Part shown: positions 1 through 10,400 of the stretch, in pieces
How the letters are laid out: each line of letters opens with the position of its first letter
Position numbering within the stretch: the stretch's first letter is position 1
Assembly (NCBI GenBank): GCA_964357635.1
Contig: CAYHLZ010000001.1
Coordinates: 198,674-262,673, forward strand
DNA length: 64,000 bases
Source of the DNA: an uncultured Candidatus Saccharibacteria bacterium
GTDB lineage: Bacteria; Patescibacteriota; Minisyncoccia; Phycocordibacterales; Zambryskibacteraceae
Direction: 5' to 3'
Made by a program: the position numbers and the translations under genes
Notes under the pieces: generated by a model
The model's input: the letters and a program-made list of their open reading frames with translations, nothing else
What the model was told of the DNA's origin: nothing
Databases searched by the model: none

Positions 1-742
1 TCCCAAGGAGTTAATAGTTGAAAAAGTGCTAAATGGATACGGTACGCCAATAGATGGACCTCTTCCGGCCGGAGTTTATCCTTGGACTAGTGGCAGAGAT
101 ACAAAGGCACCTCTTGAAGAAAGAATTGAAAGCGCCAAAACACTTTTAGCGGAAGCTGACTGGAAATTTAACGAAGAAACAGGTGTACTTGAAAAAAAAT
201 CTAAGTCGGGTACAATAAGTCTGTCGTTTTCAATCTCTACTGGTGACGCTCTAGAACTCCAAGCCGTAGCAGAAGAACTTGTTACTAGTTGGCAGAAACT
301 AGGTGCTAAGGTAACCGTTCAAGTCTTTGAGACAGGAGATCTGAATCAAAATGTCATCCGTTCGAGAAACTTTGACACCCTTCTTTTCGGTAAAGTCGTT
401 GGTAGAGATGCTGACTTGTATCCATTCTGGCACTCATCTCAAAAGGCTGATCCAGGATTAAACATTGCTCTTTATACCAATAGTCGTGCCGACAAATTGC
501 TAGAGGCAGCTCGAAGTGCTGACAAACCAGAAGAGGTTGAAGAGAATTACAAAGCGTTTGCTGAAGAGTTAAGAGTTGATATGCCAGCAATCTTTCTCTA
601 TACACCAAGTTTTCTTTATGTGGTACCTGAGAAGATAAAGGCAATTTCCCTCAACTCTCTAACTGTTTCTCAAGATAGATTCTTGGGTTTGAGAGATTGG
701 TATATAGAGACAAGTATGGTCTGGAAAATATTCGTTGATTAA
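1..742 (+). CDS. C-terminal fragment of an ABC transporter solute-binding protein (family 5, OppA/DppA-like); the 5' end lies outside the window
   Basis: The reading frame is open back to base 2 with no upstream stop. The C-terminal motifs (DLYPFWHSSQ..., GLNIALYTN, PAIFLYTP) are typical of peptide/nickel SBP_bac_5 proteins. Confidence 0.6.
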   Translation, partial: PKELIVEKVLNGYGTPIDGPLPAGVYPWTSGRDTKAPLEERIESAKTLLAEADWKFNEETGVLEKKSKSGTISLSFSISTGDALELQAVAEELVTSWQKLGAKVTVQVFETGDLNQNVIRSRNFDTLLFGKVVGRDADLYPFWHSSQKADPGLNIALYTNSRADKLLEAARSADKPEEVEENYKAFAEELRVDMPAIFLYTPSFLYVVPEKIKAISLNSLTVSQDRFLGLRDWYIETSMVWKIFVD

Positions 743-755
743 AATCTATTAAAAC

Positions 756-2531
756 ATGAACAACTCATTTAGTAGTGGTATGCGCCACAAAAACATTCGT
801 AGGAGGTCAAATGCTCCTGTGGCAGCAAAAAAGCCTCATGATATTATTCCCCCACTTGCGGAAGGAAATATAAGAATTATTCCACTGGGTGGAGTAGAAG
901 AAGTTGGTAGAAACATGACGGTAGTTGAATATGGTGACGATATTATCGTCATGGATGCCGGTATCAAATTTAGCGACCACGAAACACCGGGTATTGACTA
1001 TATTTTGCCCAACATTAAATATCTTGAAGAGCACAAAGACAAGATAAGAGCTGTTATCATCACCCACGGTCACCTAGACCACATTGGCTCTATCCCTTAT
1101 GTGCTAAATCGTTTCGGCAATCCACCTATCTACACTAGAGAATTCGGCTCTCTTCTTATCCAGAAGCGTCAAGCTGAATTTCCTCAACTTCCTCCTCTTG
1201 ATATAAAAATCGTTGAGGCCAATGATAAATTTATCCCCATAGGAAAACATTTTAAAGTTTGCTTCTTTGGCGTTACTCACTCTATCCCTGATTCTACCGG
1301 AGTTATCATTGAGACTCCTCACGGCGATATCGTCAACACCGGTGACGTTCGTATAGAAAACGAAGATGGTGTACCAGACGAGACGGAGATAGAACATTAT
1401 AAAAAGTTTAAGGATAGAAAAATTCTTCTTTTCTTGATGGACTCAACTGGTATAGAAAAGCCGGGGTTCTCCCCTTCCGAGAAAGTGATTGTAAAGAATA
1501 TTGATGGCATCGTGGCAACTTCACCCGGTCGTATTATCTTGGCAACCTTTGCTTCACAAGTTGAACGAGTTATTGAGTTTATAAAAATAGCGAAACATCA
1601 CTCAAGAAAAGTCTTTATTGAAGGCAGGGCCATGAAGACCAATGTTGAAATCATCAAACATTTAAATCTTGTTGATGTTGCTCACCTTTGTCCAATTGAA
1701 GACATTACGAAATACCCAAAGAATAAGGTCATGATTATCACCACAGGTGCTCAGGGTGAGGAGTATGCAGCTCTCATGCGTATGTCAAACAGAACGCACA
1801 AACAGATTCGTCTTGAGTCAACCGACACCATAGTCCTTTCTTCTTCTGTAATTCCAGGCAACGAACGCGCTATTTCAAAGCTTAAAGACAATCTTTATAG
1901 GAATGACTCTAAAATCATTACTTACCTAGATTCCGACGTTCACACCTCTGGTCACGGTAAGCGTGGAGAAATTGAGTGGCTACACAAGCAAATTCCTTAT
2001 AAATTCTTTATGCCAGTACACGGTAACCACTATATGCTCAAAATGCATGCGGAACTTGCGACAAGAATCGGTTGTCCACGAGAAAATATTATTGTGCCAG
2101 ACAACGGCAGTATTATTGAGCTTCAAGATGGAGGTAGCAAATATGTCAGACTTGCGGAGAAAGCTCCGTCGGAAGATATGGTTGTTGAAGGACTCTCTAT
2201 TGGTGACATTTCTGAAGTAGTTATTAGGGATAGAAAAATGCTTGCTGAAGATGGAATCTTTGTGGTTATTGCACTGGTTAATACCCGCACAGGACACCTC
2301 AAGAAGTCTCCAGATATAATCGCGCGTGGCTTTGTTTACTTGCGGGAATCTCAAGAACTACTTTCCGAGGCCAGACACTTAATCAAACGCTCTATTGAAA
2401 GCACGACCGTCGGCGCTAATCCTATTAACTTTGATTTTGCAAAGAATGCTGTTGTTGAAGACGTATCACGTTTTCTCTTCCAACGTACAGCCAAGGCTCC
2501 AATAGTTATCCCAGTTATTTTAGGCGCATAG
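756..2531 (+). CDS. rnj: Ribonuclease J (metallo-beta-lactamase / beta-CASP family)
   Basis: HGHLDHIG metallo-beta-lactamase motif, a beta-CASP region, a length of 591 aa, and the IPLGGVEEVGRNMTVVEYGDDIIVMDAG N-terminus typical of RNase J. Confidence 0.85.
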   Translation: MNNSFSSGMRHKNIRRRSNAPVAAKKPHDIIPPLAEGNIRIIPLGGVEEVGRNMTVVEYGDDIIVMDAGIKFSDHETPGIDYILPNIKYLEEHKDKIRAVIITHGHLDHIGSIPYVLNRFGNPPIYTREFGSLLIQKRQAEFPQLPPLDIKIVEANDKFIPIGKHFKVCFFGVTHSIPDSTGVIIETPHGDIVNTGDVRIENEDGVPDETEIEHYKKFKDRKILLFLMDSTGIEKPGFSPSEKVIVKNIDGIVATSPGRIILATFASQVERVIEFIKIAKHHSRKVFIEGRAMKTNVEIIKHLNLVDVAHLCPIEDITKYPKNKVMIITTGAQGEEYAALMRMSNRTHKQIRLESTDTIVLSSSVIPGNERAISKLKDNLYRNDSKIITYLDSDVHTSGHGKRGEIEWLHKQIPYKFFMPVHGNHYMLKMHAELATRIGCPRENIIVPDNGSIIELQDGGSKYVRLAEKAPSEDMVVEGLSIGDISEVVIRDRKMLAEDGIFVVIALVNTRTGHLKKSPDIIARGFVYLRESQELLSEARHLIKRSIESTTVGANPINFDFAKNAVVEDVSRFLFQRTAKAPIVIPVILGA

Positions 2532-2557
2532 GTTAAAATTTGGGCTATAATTAGTTC

Positions 2558-3706
2558 ATGAAAAGGTTTGTACCGGTCTTTGTCATCACTGTTTTTCTAT
2601 CGTTTCACTATGGCGCAATTCTTTATGTAAACTCGTCTCTTTTGGGTAAGTTTTTTAACCAAAACACTGTTAGCCTGCTTTTCATATTGGGTGCCGTGGC
2701 AAGCTGTATTTTGTTTCTTTTTACCGCACAGTTGATTGAATGGTTTGGTAAGCGCCTGCTTCTCCTAATCCTTCTTTCTGTTTCCACTCTTACAACTCTT
2801 GGCTTAGCTTTTGCCCAAACCGGCGCTAACGCAGCAGTCTATTTCTTGGCTCACGAATGCGTATTACTTACAATCTATTACTGTCTAGACATTTTTCTTG
2901 AAGAAGTCTCTCTAGATGGTAATACTGGTGAAGTTAGAGGCATTTATCTGACCCTTATTAATCTTGGAATAGCCGCTGGACCAATAATACTTTTAATCTT
3001 TGGCGATGATGAGACATTTAAACCTATTTATATACTTGCCACTGTTTTACTAATAGTTCCACTTGTTATGACTATTTTTACTTTAAAATCTCGTATGCCA
3101 AAGTGGCACGGGATAACCCACAGACACATTTTCCTACCTTTTAGAGCTTGGTGGAGACACGGGGCACTAAGACGTATAACTATTGCCAGACTTATACTTG
3201 AATCCTTTTTTGCTTTTATGATTATTTATACACCGGTTTACCTTCATAATAATCTTGGTTTTGAATGGTCGGAGCTTGGTATTATTTTTACCGTAATGCT
3301 TCTACCTTTTGTACTTTTTCAGTGGCCTGCTGGTGAACTTGCTGATCGCTACTATGGCGAGAAAGAAATTTTATGCATTGGATTTTTAATAACTGCCTTA
3401 TCTCTAGCGGTTATGCCGTTTCTAGGAAAGATATTTATGGCATGGCTTTTCATCCTTTTTGTTTCAAGAGTTGGCGCAAGTTTTGTTGAGATAATGACTG
3501 AAAGCTACTTTTTCAAACACGTTGGACCAAGAGACACTGGGCTTATAAGCATTTTTCGTCTCACCCGCCCCGTAAGCATCATTTTGGGCGCGGGAGCTGG
3601 GGTTCTAGCACTAAGTTTCCTCACCTTTGAACAAGTATTTTTTGTCTTGGCGGCAATTGTATTATTGGGCCTTAAGGTAAGTTTGGCTCTTAGAGATACG
3701 AAATAA
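2558..3706 (+). CDS. Polytopic membrane transporter, MFS-like
   Basis: About 12 hydrophobic segments over 382 aa, with two 6-TM halves separated by a basic loop. Confidence 0.45.
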   Translation: MKRFVPVFVITVFLSFHYGAILYVNSSLLGKFFNQNTVSLLFILGAVASCILFLFTAQLIEWFGKRLLLLILLSVSTLTTLGLAFAQTGANAAVYFLAHECVLLTIYYCLDIFLEEVSLDGNTGEVRGIYLTLINLGIAAGPIILLIFGDDETFKPIYILATVLLIVPLVMTIFTLKSRMPKWHGITHRHIFLPFRAWWRHGALRRITIARLILESFFAFMIIYTPVYLHNNLGFEWSELGIIFTVMLLPFVLFQWPAGELADRYYGEKEILCIGFLITALSLAVMPFLGKIFMAWLFILFVSRVGASFVEIMTESYFFKHVGPRDTGLISIFRLTRPVSIILGAGAGVLALSFLTFEQVFFVLAAIVLLGLKVSLALRDTK

Positions 3707-3710
3707 ATAT

Positions 3711-5351
3711 TTATTTTTTCTTTGCCTTCGCTACCTTTATAAACATAGAAAAAAGTGGGTGGGGAGAGAGTGGTCGAGCCTTAAATTCTGGATGAAACTG
3801 GGTCGCTAGGAAAAATGGATGAGCTTTTTGTGGCAACTCCACTATTTCACAAAGCTCGCCATTGGGAGATATTCCAGAGAAGGTCATTCCGGCTTTAGTT
3901 AGTCTTTCAACAAACTTTGGATTTACCTCAAAACGATGCCTATGTCTTTCTGAGATTTTAGTTGTTCCGTAAGCCTTAAACGCAAGGGTCTTTGGCTTTA
4001 TCACTGCTGGATAAGCACCAAGACGCATGCTGCCACCCAGTTTCTTATCTTTAATCTTATCTTTCTGATCCTCCATCACATCTATAACAGGATGTTTAGT
4101 AAATCTGTCTATTTCCGTTGTATTGGCATCTTTCAATTTAAGAACATTTCTTGCATATTCAACTATTGCCAACTGCATGCCATAACAAAGCCCAAAGTAA
4201 GGAATCTTTTTCTCCCGAGCAAATTTTATTGCACTTATAATTCCTTCTACCCCCCTAGCACCGAAACCTCCAGGAACTATTATGCCGTCATAGTTTTTAA
4301 GTTCTGAAACTTTACGCTTCCCTGTTTCATAATCTTTTGCATTTATCCACACTAATTCTGGTTTTACGCCTTGGTAAGCTGAAGAAATTCTCATTGCCTC
4401 TATAACCGACACATAAGCGTCAGAGAGTACAAAATCTCCTGTGTCAAAGTACTTACCAACCATGGCTATTTTTAATCCCCTCTTGGCTCTCTTGGTATAA
4501 GAGACAAATTTTCTCCAAGCCAAGAGGTCCTTTTTCTTAGATTTTAGACCAAATTGTCTTAATATTTTCTGACCCAACTCTTCTTTCTCAAAATTTATAG
4601 GCGCATCATAAATACTGTCAATGTCTGGTGCTGGAATAATATTTTCACTTAGAACGCCTGTTGCTAAGGCAATTTTTTCCTTCCGTTTCTCATCAATGGG
4701 CATTTCGCTTCTTGCGATAATCATATCTGGTTGAATACCATAAGAATTTAGTTGACGAATAGCATTTTGTGTAAGTTTGGTCTTCATTTCTCCAAGTTTT
4801 CTTGGTATGGGTAGATATGAGACCATAACAAACATTACATTCTCGGGTTCTCTTATTTTGAGTAACCTTGCCGCCTCAAGAAAGATAGCATTCTGATACT
4901 CTCCGACCGTACCCCCGATCTCCGTTATTGTGATGCCTGCTTTAGTTTTCTTTACAGAATTGTTGATACGAAGAAGGATTTCTTCCGTGACGTGATAAAC
5001 AGGTTCAACGCACTTGCCGTTGTATCCAAGGGCACGTTCTTTATCAATAATATGTTTTAAAACCATGCCATTGGTTAAGTAATTTTCCGAAGGCATGTCT
5101 ACATTCAAGAAACGTTCGTAATTGCCCATATCTTGGTCAGTTTCAAGACCAGAATCAAGCACAAAGACTTCTCCATGTTCAACAGGATTCATGGTGCCTG
5201 CATCAACATTTAGATATGGGTCTGCTTTTATCAGACTGATTGAGAAACCCTTTGATTGAAGAATAGCTCCGATTGAAGAAGTAGCGACACCTTTGCCAAC
5301 TCCCGACATTACCCCACCTACGACAAAGATGTATTTATGCCGTTTCTTCAT
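3711..5351 (-). CDS. pyrG: CTP synthase (start corrected to MKKRHKYIFVVGG)
   Basis: N-terminal P-loop-like GVMSGVGKG, the ADPYLNVDAGTMNP motif, and a C-terminal GATase segment with the catalytic GLCYGMQ cysteine motif. Confidence 0.9.
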   Translation of the reverse strand: MKKRHKYIFVVGGVMSGVGKGVATSSIGAILQSKGFSISLIKADPYLNVDAGTMNPVEHGEVFVLDSGLETDQDMGNYERFLNVDMPSENYLTNGMVLKHIIDKERALGYNGKCVEPVYHVTEEILLRINNSVKKTKAGITITEIGGTVGEYQNAIFLEAARLLKIREPENVMFVMVSYLPIPRKLGEMKTKLTQNAIRQLNSYGIQPDMIIARSEMPIDEKRKEKIALATGVLSENIIPAPDIDSIYDAPINFEKEELGQKILRQFGLKSKKKDLLAWRKFVSYTKRAKRGLKIAMVGKYFDTGDFVLSDAYVSVIEAMRISSAYQGVKPELVWINAKDYETGKRKVSELKNYDGIIVPGGFGARGVEGIISAIKFAREKKIPYFGLCYGMQLAIVEYARNVLKLKDANTTEIDRFTKHPVIDVMEDQKDKIKDKKLGGSMRLGAYPAVIKPKTLAFKAYGTTKISERHRHRFEVNPKFVERLTKAGMTFSGISPNGELCEIVELPQKAHPFFLATQFHPEFKARPLSPHPLFSMFIKVAKAKKK

Positions 5352-5423
5352 CTTGTTTCCATTGCAAAACATTATATAGGAAGCGTTGAAAATCATCCAA
5401 CTTTCGGATAGTGTGTAGTCTAT

Positions 5424-5494
5424 TGCGGGATCGTCTAATGGTAGGACATATGCCTCTGGAGCATATTATCTTGGTTCGAGTCCAAGTCCCGCAG
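5424..5494 (+). tRNA. tRNA-Gln (anticodon CUG)
   Basis: Manual fold: acceptor TGCGGGA/TCCCGCA, U8, D stem GTCT/GGAC, anticodon stem TATGC/GCATA with loop CTCTGGA (U33, CTG), T stem CTTGG/CCAAG with TTCGAGT loop, discriminator G. No CCA is encoded. Confidence 0.85.
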
Positions 5495-5529
5495 CAAGGT
5501 GTTTGTTTTGTGATGTATAATATGAACAT

Positions 5530-6912
5530 ATGAGAAGCATCGGTGAGAAGTGCGGAGTTTTTGGTGTCTATGGAAAAGGTTTAGATGCAAGTCGTCTAAC
5601 CTTTTTTGGTTTGTACGCTCTCCAACACAGAGGACAAGAAAGTTCTGGTATTGCCTCTGGAGATGGTAATAAGATTCGCTGTTTTAAAGATACAGGGCTC
5701 GTGGCACAAGTATTCAACGAAGAGGCTATATCTAGTCTTACGGGCCATATTGCTATAGGACACAACCGCTACTCAACCTCTTCTGGTACGGGTATTAAGC
5801 ACGCCCAGCCCATAGAAACAGAAGGTGGAAGCATGGTGCTTGCTCACAACGGCAATCTTCCCAACCTAGACAAACTTCAAGATTTTTTAAAGAAAAAAGG
5901 AGTTGTTGTCGCTGAAGTTTCTGATTCAAAGATTGTTTGCGAAGCAATTCATGCCCTAACCAAAGAAGGTAGGGAGATAGAAAAAGCTGTTGAAGAAGTC
6001 TTCCAGCTTATTGATGGCGCTTTTTCTATCCTCATAATGACAAAGGATAAACTCATCGCTATTCGCGACCACTTTGGAATCCGACCATTCTCTATTGGCA
6101 AATTAAATGGCGGGTTTATCTTCTCATCCGAAACATGCGCTTTTCACCCCATTGGAGCTACATTTCTAAGAGACGTTTTGCCGGGAGAGATGGTCATAGT
6201 GGATGAAAAAGGTTTAAGAAGTAAACAAGTTCTTCAGAGTAATCAGAAGCTAGACATTTTTGAATTCGTCTATTTTTCTAGACCCGATAGCGTTCTGCTT
6301 GGTAAATCTGTCTATGAAGTCCGAAAAAAATTTGGTGTTAAGTTGGCCAAAGAATATCCCATAGAAGCTGACGTTATTATCCCTGTGCCAGAGACAGCCA
6401 TACCTGTTGCTATCGGGTATGCCAACTCTTCTGGTATTCCTTTTGAAGCTGGACTTATAAAGAGTCGTTATATCCACAGAACATTTATTGAGCCAGAGCA
6501 ACATATCCGAGAACAGGGTGTTAAGTTGAAACTTGCTCCACTTAGAGAAGTTATTGAGAATAAGCGAGTTATTGTGGTGGATGACTCAATAGTGCGAGGC
6601 ACAACTTCAAAACAGATTGTAAAAATGCTTTTTGATACTGGGGCCAAAGAAGTTCACTTCCTTGTCTCTTCCCCGCCAGTAAAGTTCCCTGACTTTTACG
6701 GGATAGATCTTCCTCGTAGAGAGGATTTATTAGCATCAAAAAAGTCTATAGAAGAGATGAACAAGTATCTCGGTTCTACTTCACTTAACTTCCTTTCTTA
6801 TAAGAGCATGATAGAAGCAACTGGTGTGGATGAATCTTCTTTTTGTACCTCGTGCTTTACGGGAGTTTATCCGATTGATGTAAAAAATGCTATAATCAGA
6901 GAGAAAATTTGA
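5530..6912 (+). CDS. purF: Amidophosphoribosyltransferase (glutamine PRPP amidotransferase)
   Basis: Class-II GATase N-terminus with a Cys after a short propeptide (MRSIGEK-CGVFGVYG), a PRTase motif (VIVVDDSIVRGTT), and a length of 460 aa. Confidence 0.9.
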   Translation: MRSIGEKCGVFGVYGKGLDASRLTFFGLYALQHRGQESSGIASGDGNKIRCFKDTGLVAQVFNEEAISSLTGHIAIGHNRYSTSSGTGIKHAQPIETEGGSMVLAHNGNLPNLDKLQDFLKKKGVVVAEVSDSKIVCEAIHALTKEGREIEKAVEEVFQLIDGAFSILIMTKDKLIAIRDHFGIRPFSIGKLNGGFIFSSETCAFHPIGATFLRDVLPGEMVIVDEKGLRSKQVLQSNQKLDIFEFVYFSRPDSVLLGKSVYEVRKKFGVKLAKEYPIEADVIIPVPETAIPVAIGYANSSGIPFEAGLIKSRYIHRTFIEPEQHIREQGVKLKLAPLREVIENKRVIVVDDSIVRGTTSKQIVKMLFDTGAKEVHFLVSSPPVKFPDFYGIDLPRREDLLASKKSIEEMNKYLGSTSLNFLSYKSMIEATGVDESSFCTSCFTGVYPIDVKNAIIREKI

Positions 6913-7490
6913 TGCAAAACTATTACGCAAGTAGAGACCACGAGAAGATGAAAGAGGTTCTAATGTCCCCAGATAGAGAGGGTCCAGCTATTCACTACTA
7001 CATGATTCGCGGAGGAAGTGAAAAAACCAATATCACTGTCTGGGAAATGGGTTTAATTGGTCGAGAATATATTAAAACCTATGGACATTATCATGTTGGT
7101 GATGTAAATGAAAAATACACTGTTCTTCAAGGAAAAGGCATCATTATTATCCAAGAAAGGTCTTTGGACGTTAACGGTATTCCTATTGATGATGAAATAA
7201 GTAATTTTAGTGCCAAATTTGTGAAGAGTGGAGACGAGATAAATATACCTAAAAATGCTGGACACTTAATGGTAAATGTTGGTAAAGTTTGGCTCGTAAT
7301 GTCTGACAACTCCCCAGTCAGTTTTGAAGAAAAAGATCCTGTGAGCCTACCAGGACATGCCGATTACGAACCCTTTCGCAAACTTAGAGGAGCTGCTTAC
7401 TATGTGGTAGAAAAAGACGGTAAACCCACTCTAGTGAAGAATCCTAATTATAAAAAAGTTCCAAGTGCCAGTATTTCTAATCACCCATAA
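6912..7490 (+). CDS. pgiA: Cupin-type (archaeal-type) glucose-6-phosphate isomerase
   Basis: Motifs align with Pyrococcus cPGI: TYGHYH (TKGHFH), EKYTVLQGKG (EVYVALKGKG), IPKNAGHLMVNVG (VPPYWAHRTVNIG) and the C-terminal VKNPNYKK (VDNPRWKK). Metal ligands H, H, E, H are conserved. Confidence 0.75.
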   Translation: MQNYYASRDHEKMKEVLMSPDREGPAIHYYMIRGGSEKTNITVWEMGLIGREYIKTYGHYHVGDVNEKYTVLQGKGIIIIQERSLDVNGIPIDDEISNFSAKFVKSGDEINIPKNAGHLMVNVGKVWLVMSDNSPVSFEEKDPVSLPGHADYEPFRKLRGAAYYVVEKDGKPTLVKNPNYKKVPSASISNHP

Positions 7491-10400
7491 TTACCTCCAC
7501 ATTGTAGATTTTGCCGTCTGATGACAGGATAATCTCTTTTGAGTCCAACATTTTACCATTTACCGCTATAGACTTAACTCCGCGACTCAATCCTAAAGGA
7601 TTTTTGACAGTTATTTTATAGCTGGTTGATTTGAAGAAATAAGAAACCTTAAACTCTTTCCAGTCTTTGGGGATGCATGGATTTATAATTAATTTTGACT
7701 TAGAGATTTTAATACCCAAAATAAACTCTAAAGTTGTTCGGTACATTAGCCCCGCAGCACCGGTGTACCATGTCCAACCGCCTCGCCCTTCATATGACGG
7801 TTTTGAATAAATATCTGATGCAACTACATATGGTTCAACTCTATATTGAGTCACCCCTTCTGGACTTCTTGAACGATTAATCGGATTTATAAGGTCAATG
7901 ATGTTTTTTGCCTTGTCCCCTTCTCCTAAGGTAGCAAAAGCCTGTGCCACCCATAGAGCCGCATGGTTATATTGAGAACCATTTTCTCTCACTCCAGGCG
8001 GGTAATCTCCTGTATAACCCACACGCATAGATGACTTTGCTATAGGGGGCGCCAATAACTTCAAAAGTTTTTTGTCTGGCATCAGATATTTTTCTACTGC
8101 GTCCATGGCCTCTCTTGCCCTTTCTTCTGTGCCAGCCCTACTTAAAACTGCCCACGACTGAGTAATTGAGTCAATTTTTATTTCTTCGTTTAAGTGGGAC
8201 CCTAGTGGCGCGCCATCATCAAAGTAAGCTCTTCTGTACCAAGACCCGTCCCAGCCGTGAATCTCAAGCGCATTTTTAATTGATTCGGCAATATTTCTAT
8301 ATTTATCAAGATGTTCAACATCATTTAATTTGGTACAAACTTCAGAAAATCTAGTCAAAATTGAATACAAGAAAAACCCAGACCAAACACTCTCTCCTTT
8401 ACCATTAATTCCAACTTCATTAAATCCGTCGTTCCAGTCCCCTTTACCAATAAGAGGTAGTCCGTGTTCGCCGAAGAATAACGACTTATCAATAGCACGC
8501 GTACAGTGCTCAAATAGCGAATACTTACCTTTTGTTATTTCTGGAACACCCACCCACTCTTTTTTGTTTTTAAAGTCTAGAGCTGGTCCTTCTAGAAACG
8601 GCATTCGCTCGTCAAAAATACTGAAATCACCGGTGATTTCAACATAAGAACATACTATATGTGGTAACCACAACTGATGATCTGACATAACAGAACGCAT
8701 GCCGAAATTATTATGTTCATGCCACCAAGTCTGCACATCACCTTCCACAAATTGATGCTCGGCAGCATCAAGAATCACTTTTCGCACTAAATCAGGATTA
8801 GAATAGATAAATGCGGTTATATCTTGCAGTTGGTCTCTAAAGCCAAAGGCGCCAGATGGCTGTGAATATCCGGCTTTTGTAAATATTCTTGATGATAGGA
8901 TTTGATAAAGAATCCAGTCATTAAACATGATGTCTAGAGACTCGTCGGGTGTAGAGATTGTAATGCTTCTAGAAATTTGGTCCCAATATCGTTCAACTTG
9001 GGCTAGCGCCTCTGTTATCTTTGGTAACTTACGATAAGTGGTTACTAGTTTGCGTATTTCCTCAATGTTTTCCCCTTCTCCGAGAAGAATAAGAACGCTC
9101 TTTTCTTCGCCAGACTTAAGATTGACTACTGTCTGAAGGCTCACGCTGTGGTCAGGTTCATATTTAATCTCATTAGAAAGTTTTTCTTTCTTTAGCGCCT
9201 CTGGAGATTTCACACTACCGCCTCGCCCAAAAAATTCTTCTCTACTTGTTGAGATAGCGTAATTCCCCTTGTTCATGTCAAGAAAAACTAAATTCCCTTG
9301 AAAATGGTTTCTGACAATGTTTTGTGTTATGACTGCCTTTGTCTTGTTGTCTGTACTCGTTATGAGAGAGCGTTTAGTTTGTTCGTAATTTACACCTAGT
9401 ACCAACTCAAAAAATCCTGTCACAGAAAGATTTCTTGTTTCAGTTCCAGTATTTTTTATTGTGAGTTTAAAAATCTTTATTTTCTCCGTTGTGGGAACAA
9501 ACATAAGCAGTTTGTGCTCCAGAGAACCGCGCTTATGCTCAAAAGTAGAGTACCCTCGCCCATGTTTTACAGTGTATGAGCGATCTTCTCCCAAGGGATA
9601 AGGAGTTGGAGACCACAGTTCTCCAGTTTTTTCGTCTCTAATGTAGAGAATCTCACCAGAAGCATCTAATAAACTATCCGCGGCCCAACTTGTCAGCCTG
9701 TTGTCGTAACTGTCAACAGACCAAGTATGGCTCGATCCCCCCTCGGACACCATAAATCCAAACTGAGGGTTAGAAATAACATTAACCCAAGAAGCGGGAG
9801 TTTTAAGGTCTTGAGAGAGATGCATTACATATTCTTTTTTAGTCTCATCAAACCCACCTAAACCATTGTAAAAAGATAAAGAATTTGATGGCTTTAGTGC
9901 CACTTCTTTTTCTGGCAACTCTTTACTTGATTTGAAAATGTTTGGCAATGGTTTGATATTCGGCTTTCTATTTCTTGTTTTTATTTGATATTCAAGGTTA
10001 CCTTCCTCACTATCAAAAATTGCCGAGGCGTTAAAGAGTATAGAGTGTCTGTCTTCTACTGACATGAAATTTGTTTTCAAGTGAAAAACCTTACCGTTAC
10101 TGTGATTATTTTCAACTAGTTTGTTGTAGCGAATGATGAAATCAATCTCGTCATGTAGTGTTTTTATATACCCACCAGGATGTTCGTTGTAGATAACTAT
10201 GTCAATATTTAGACCTTTGTATGTTAAATATCGGTAGCAGAGTAAAACGTTTTTAATAAAATTAATATCTTCTATATCCTTAATTTTAACTACTATGATG
10301 GGCGTATCTCCAGAAATTCCATATTTCCACAGCGAATGAATCATTGGGAAAGCTGGGCTAACGTTGGTAGGCTTATCGCGCAGGTAACCACCAGCCAAGA

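Noticed and set aside
5335-5529. 64-aa minus-strand ORF (…CCGTWTRTKIICSRG…)
   Set aside because: It lies entirely antisense to and across tRNA-Gln(CUG), and its twin at 46441-46647 lies across tRNA-Gln(UUG). The similarity is due to the tRNA sequence.
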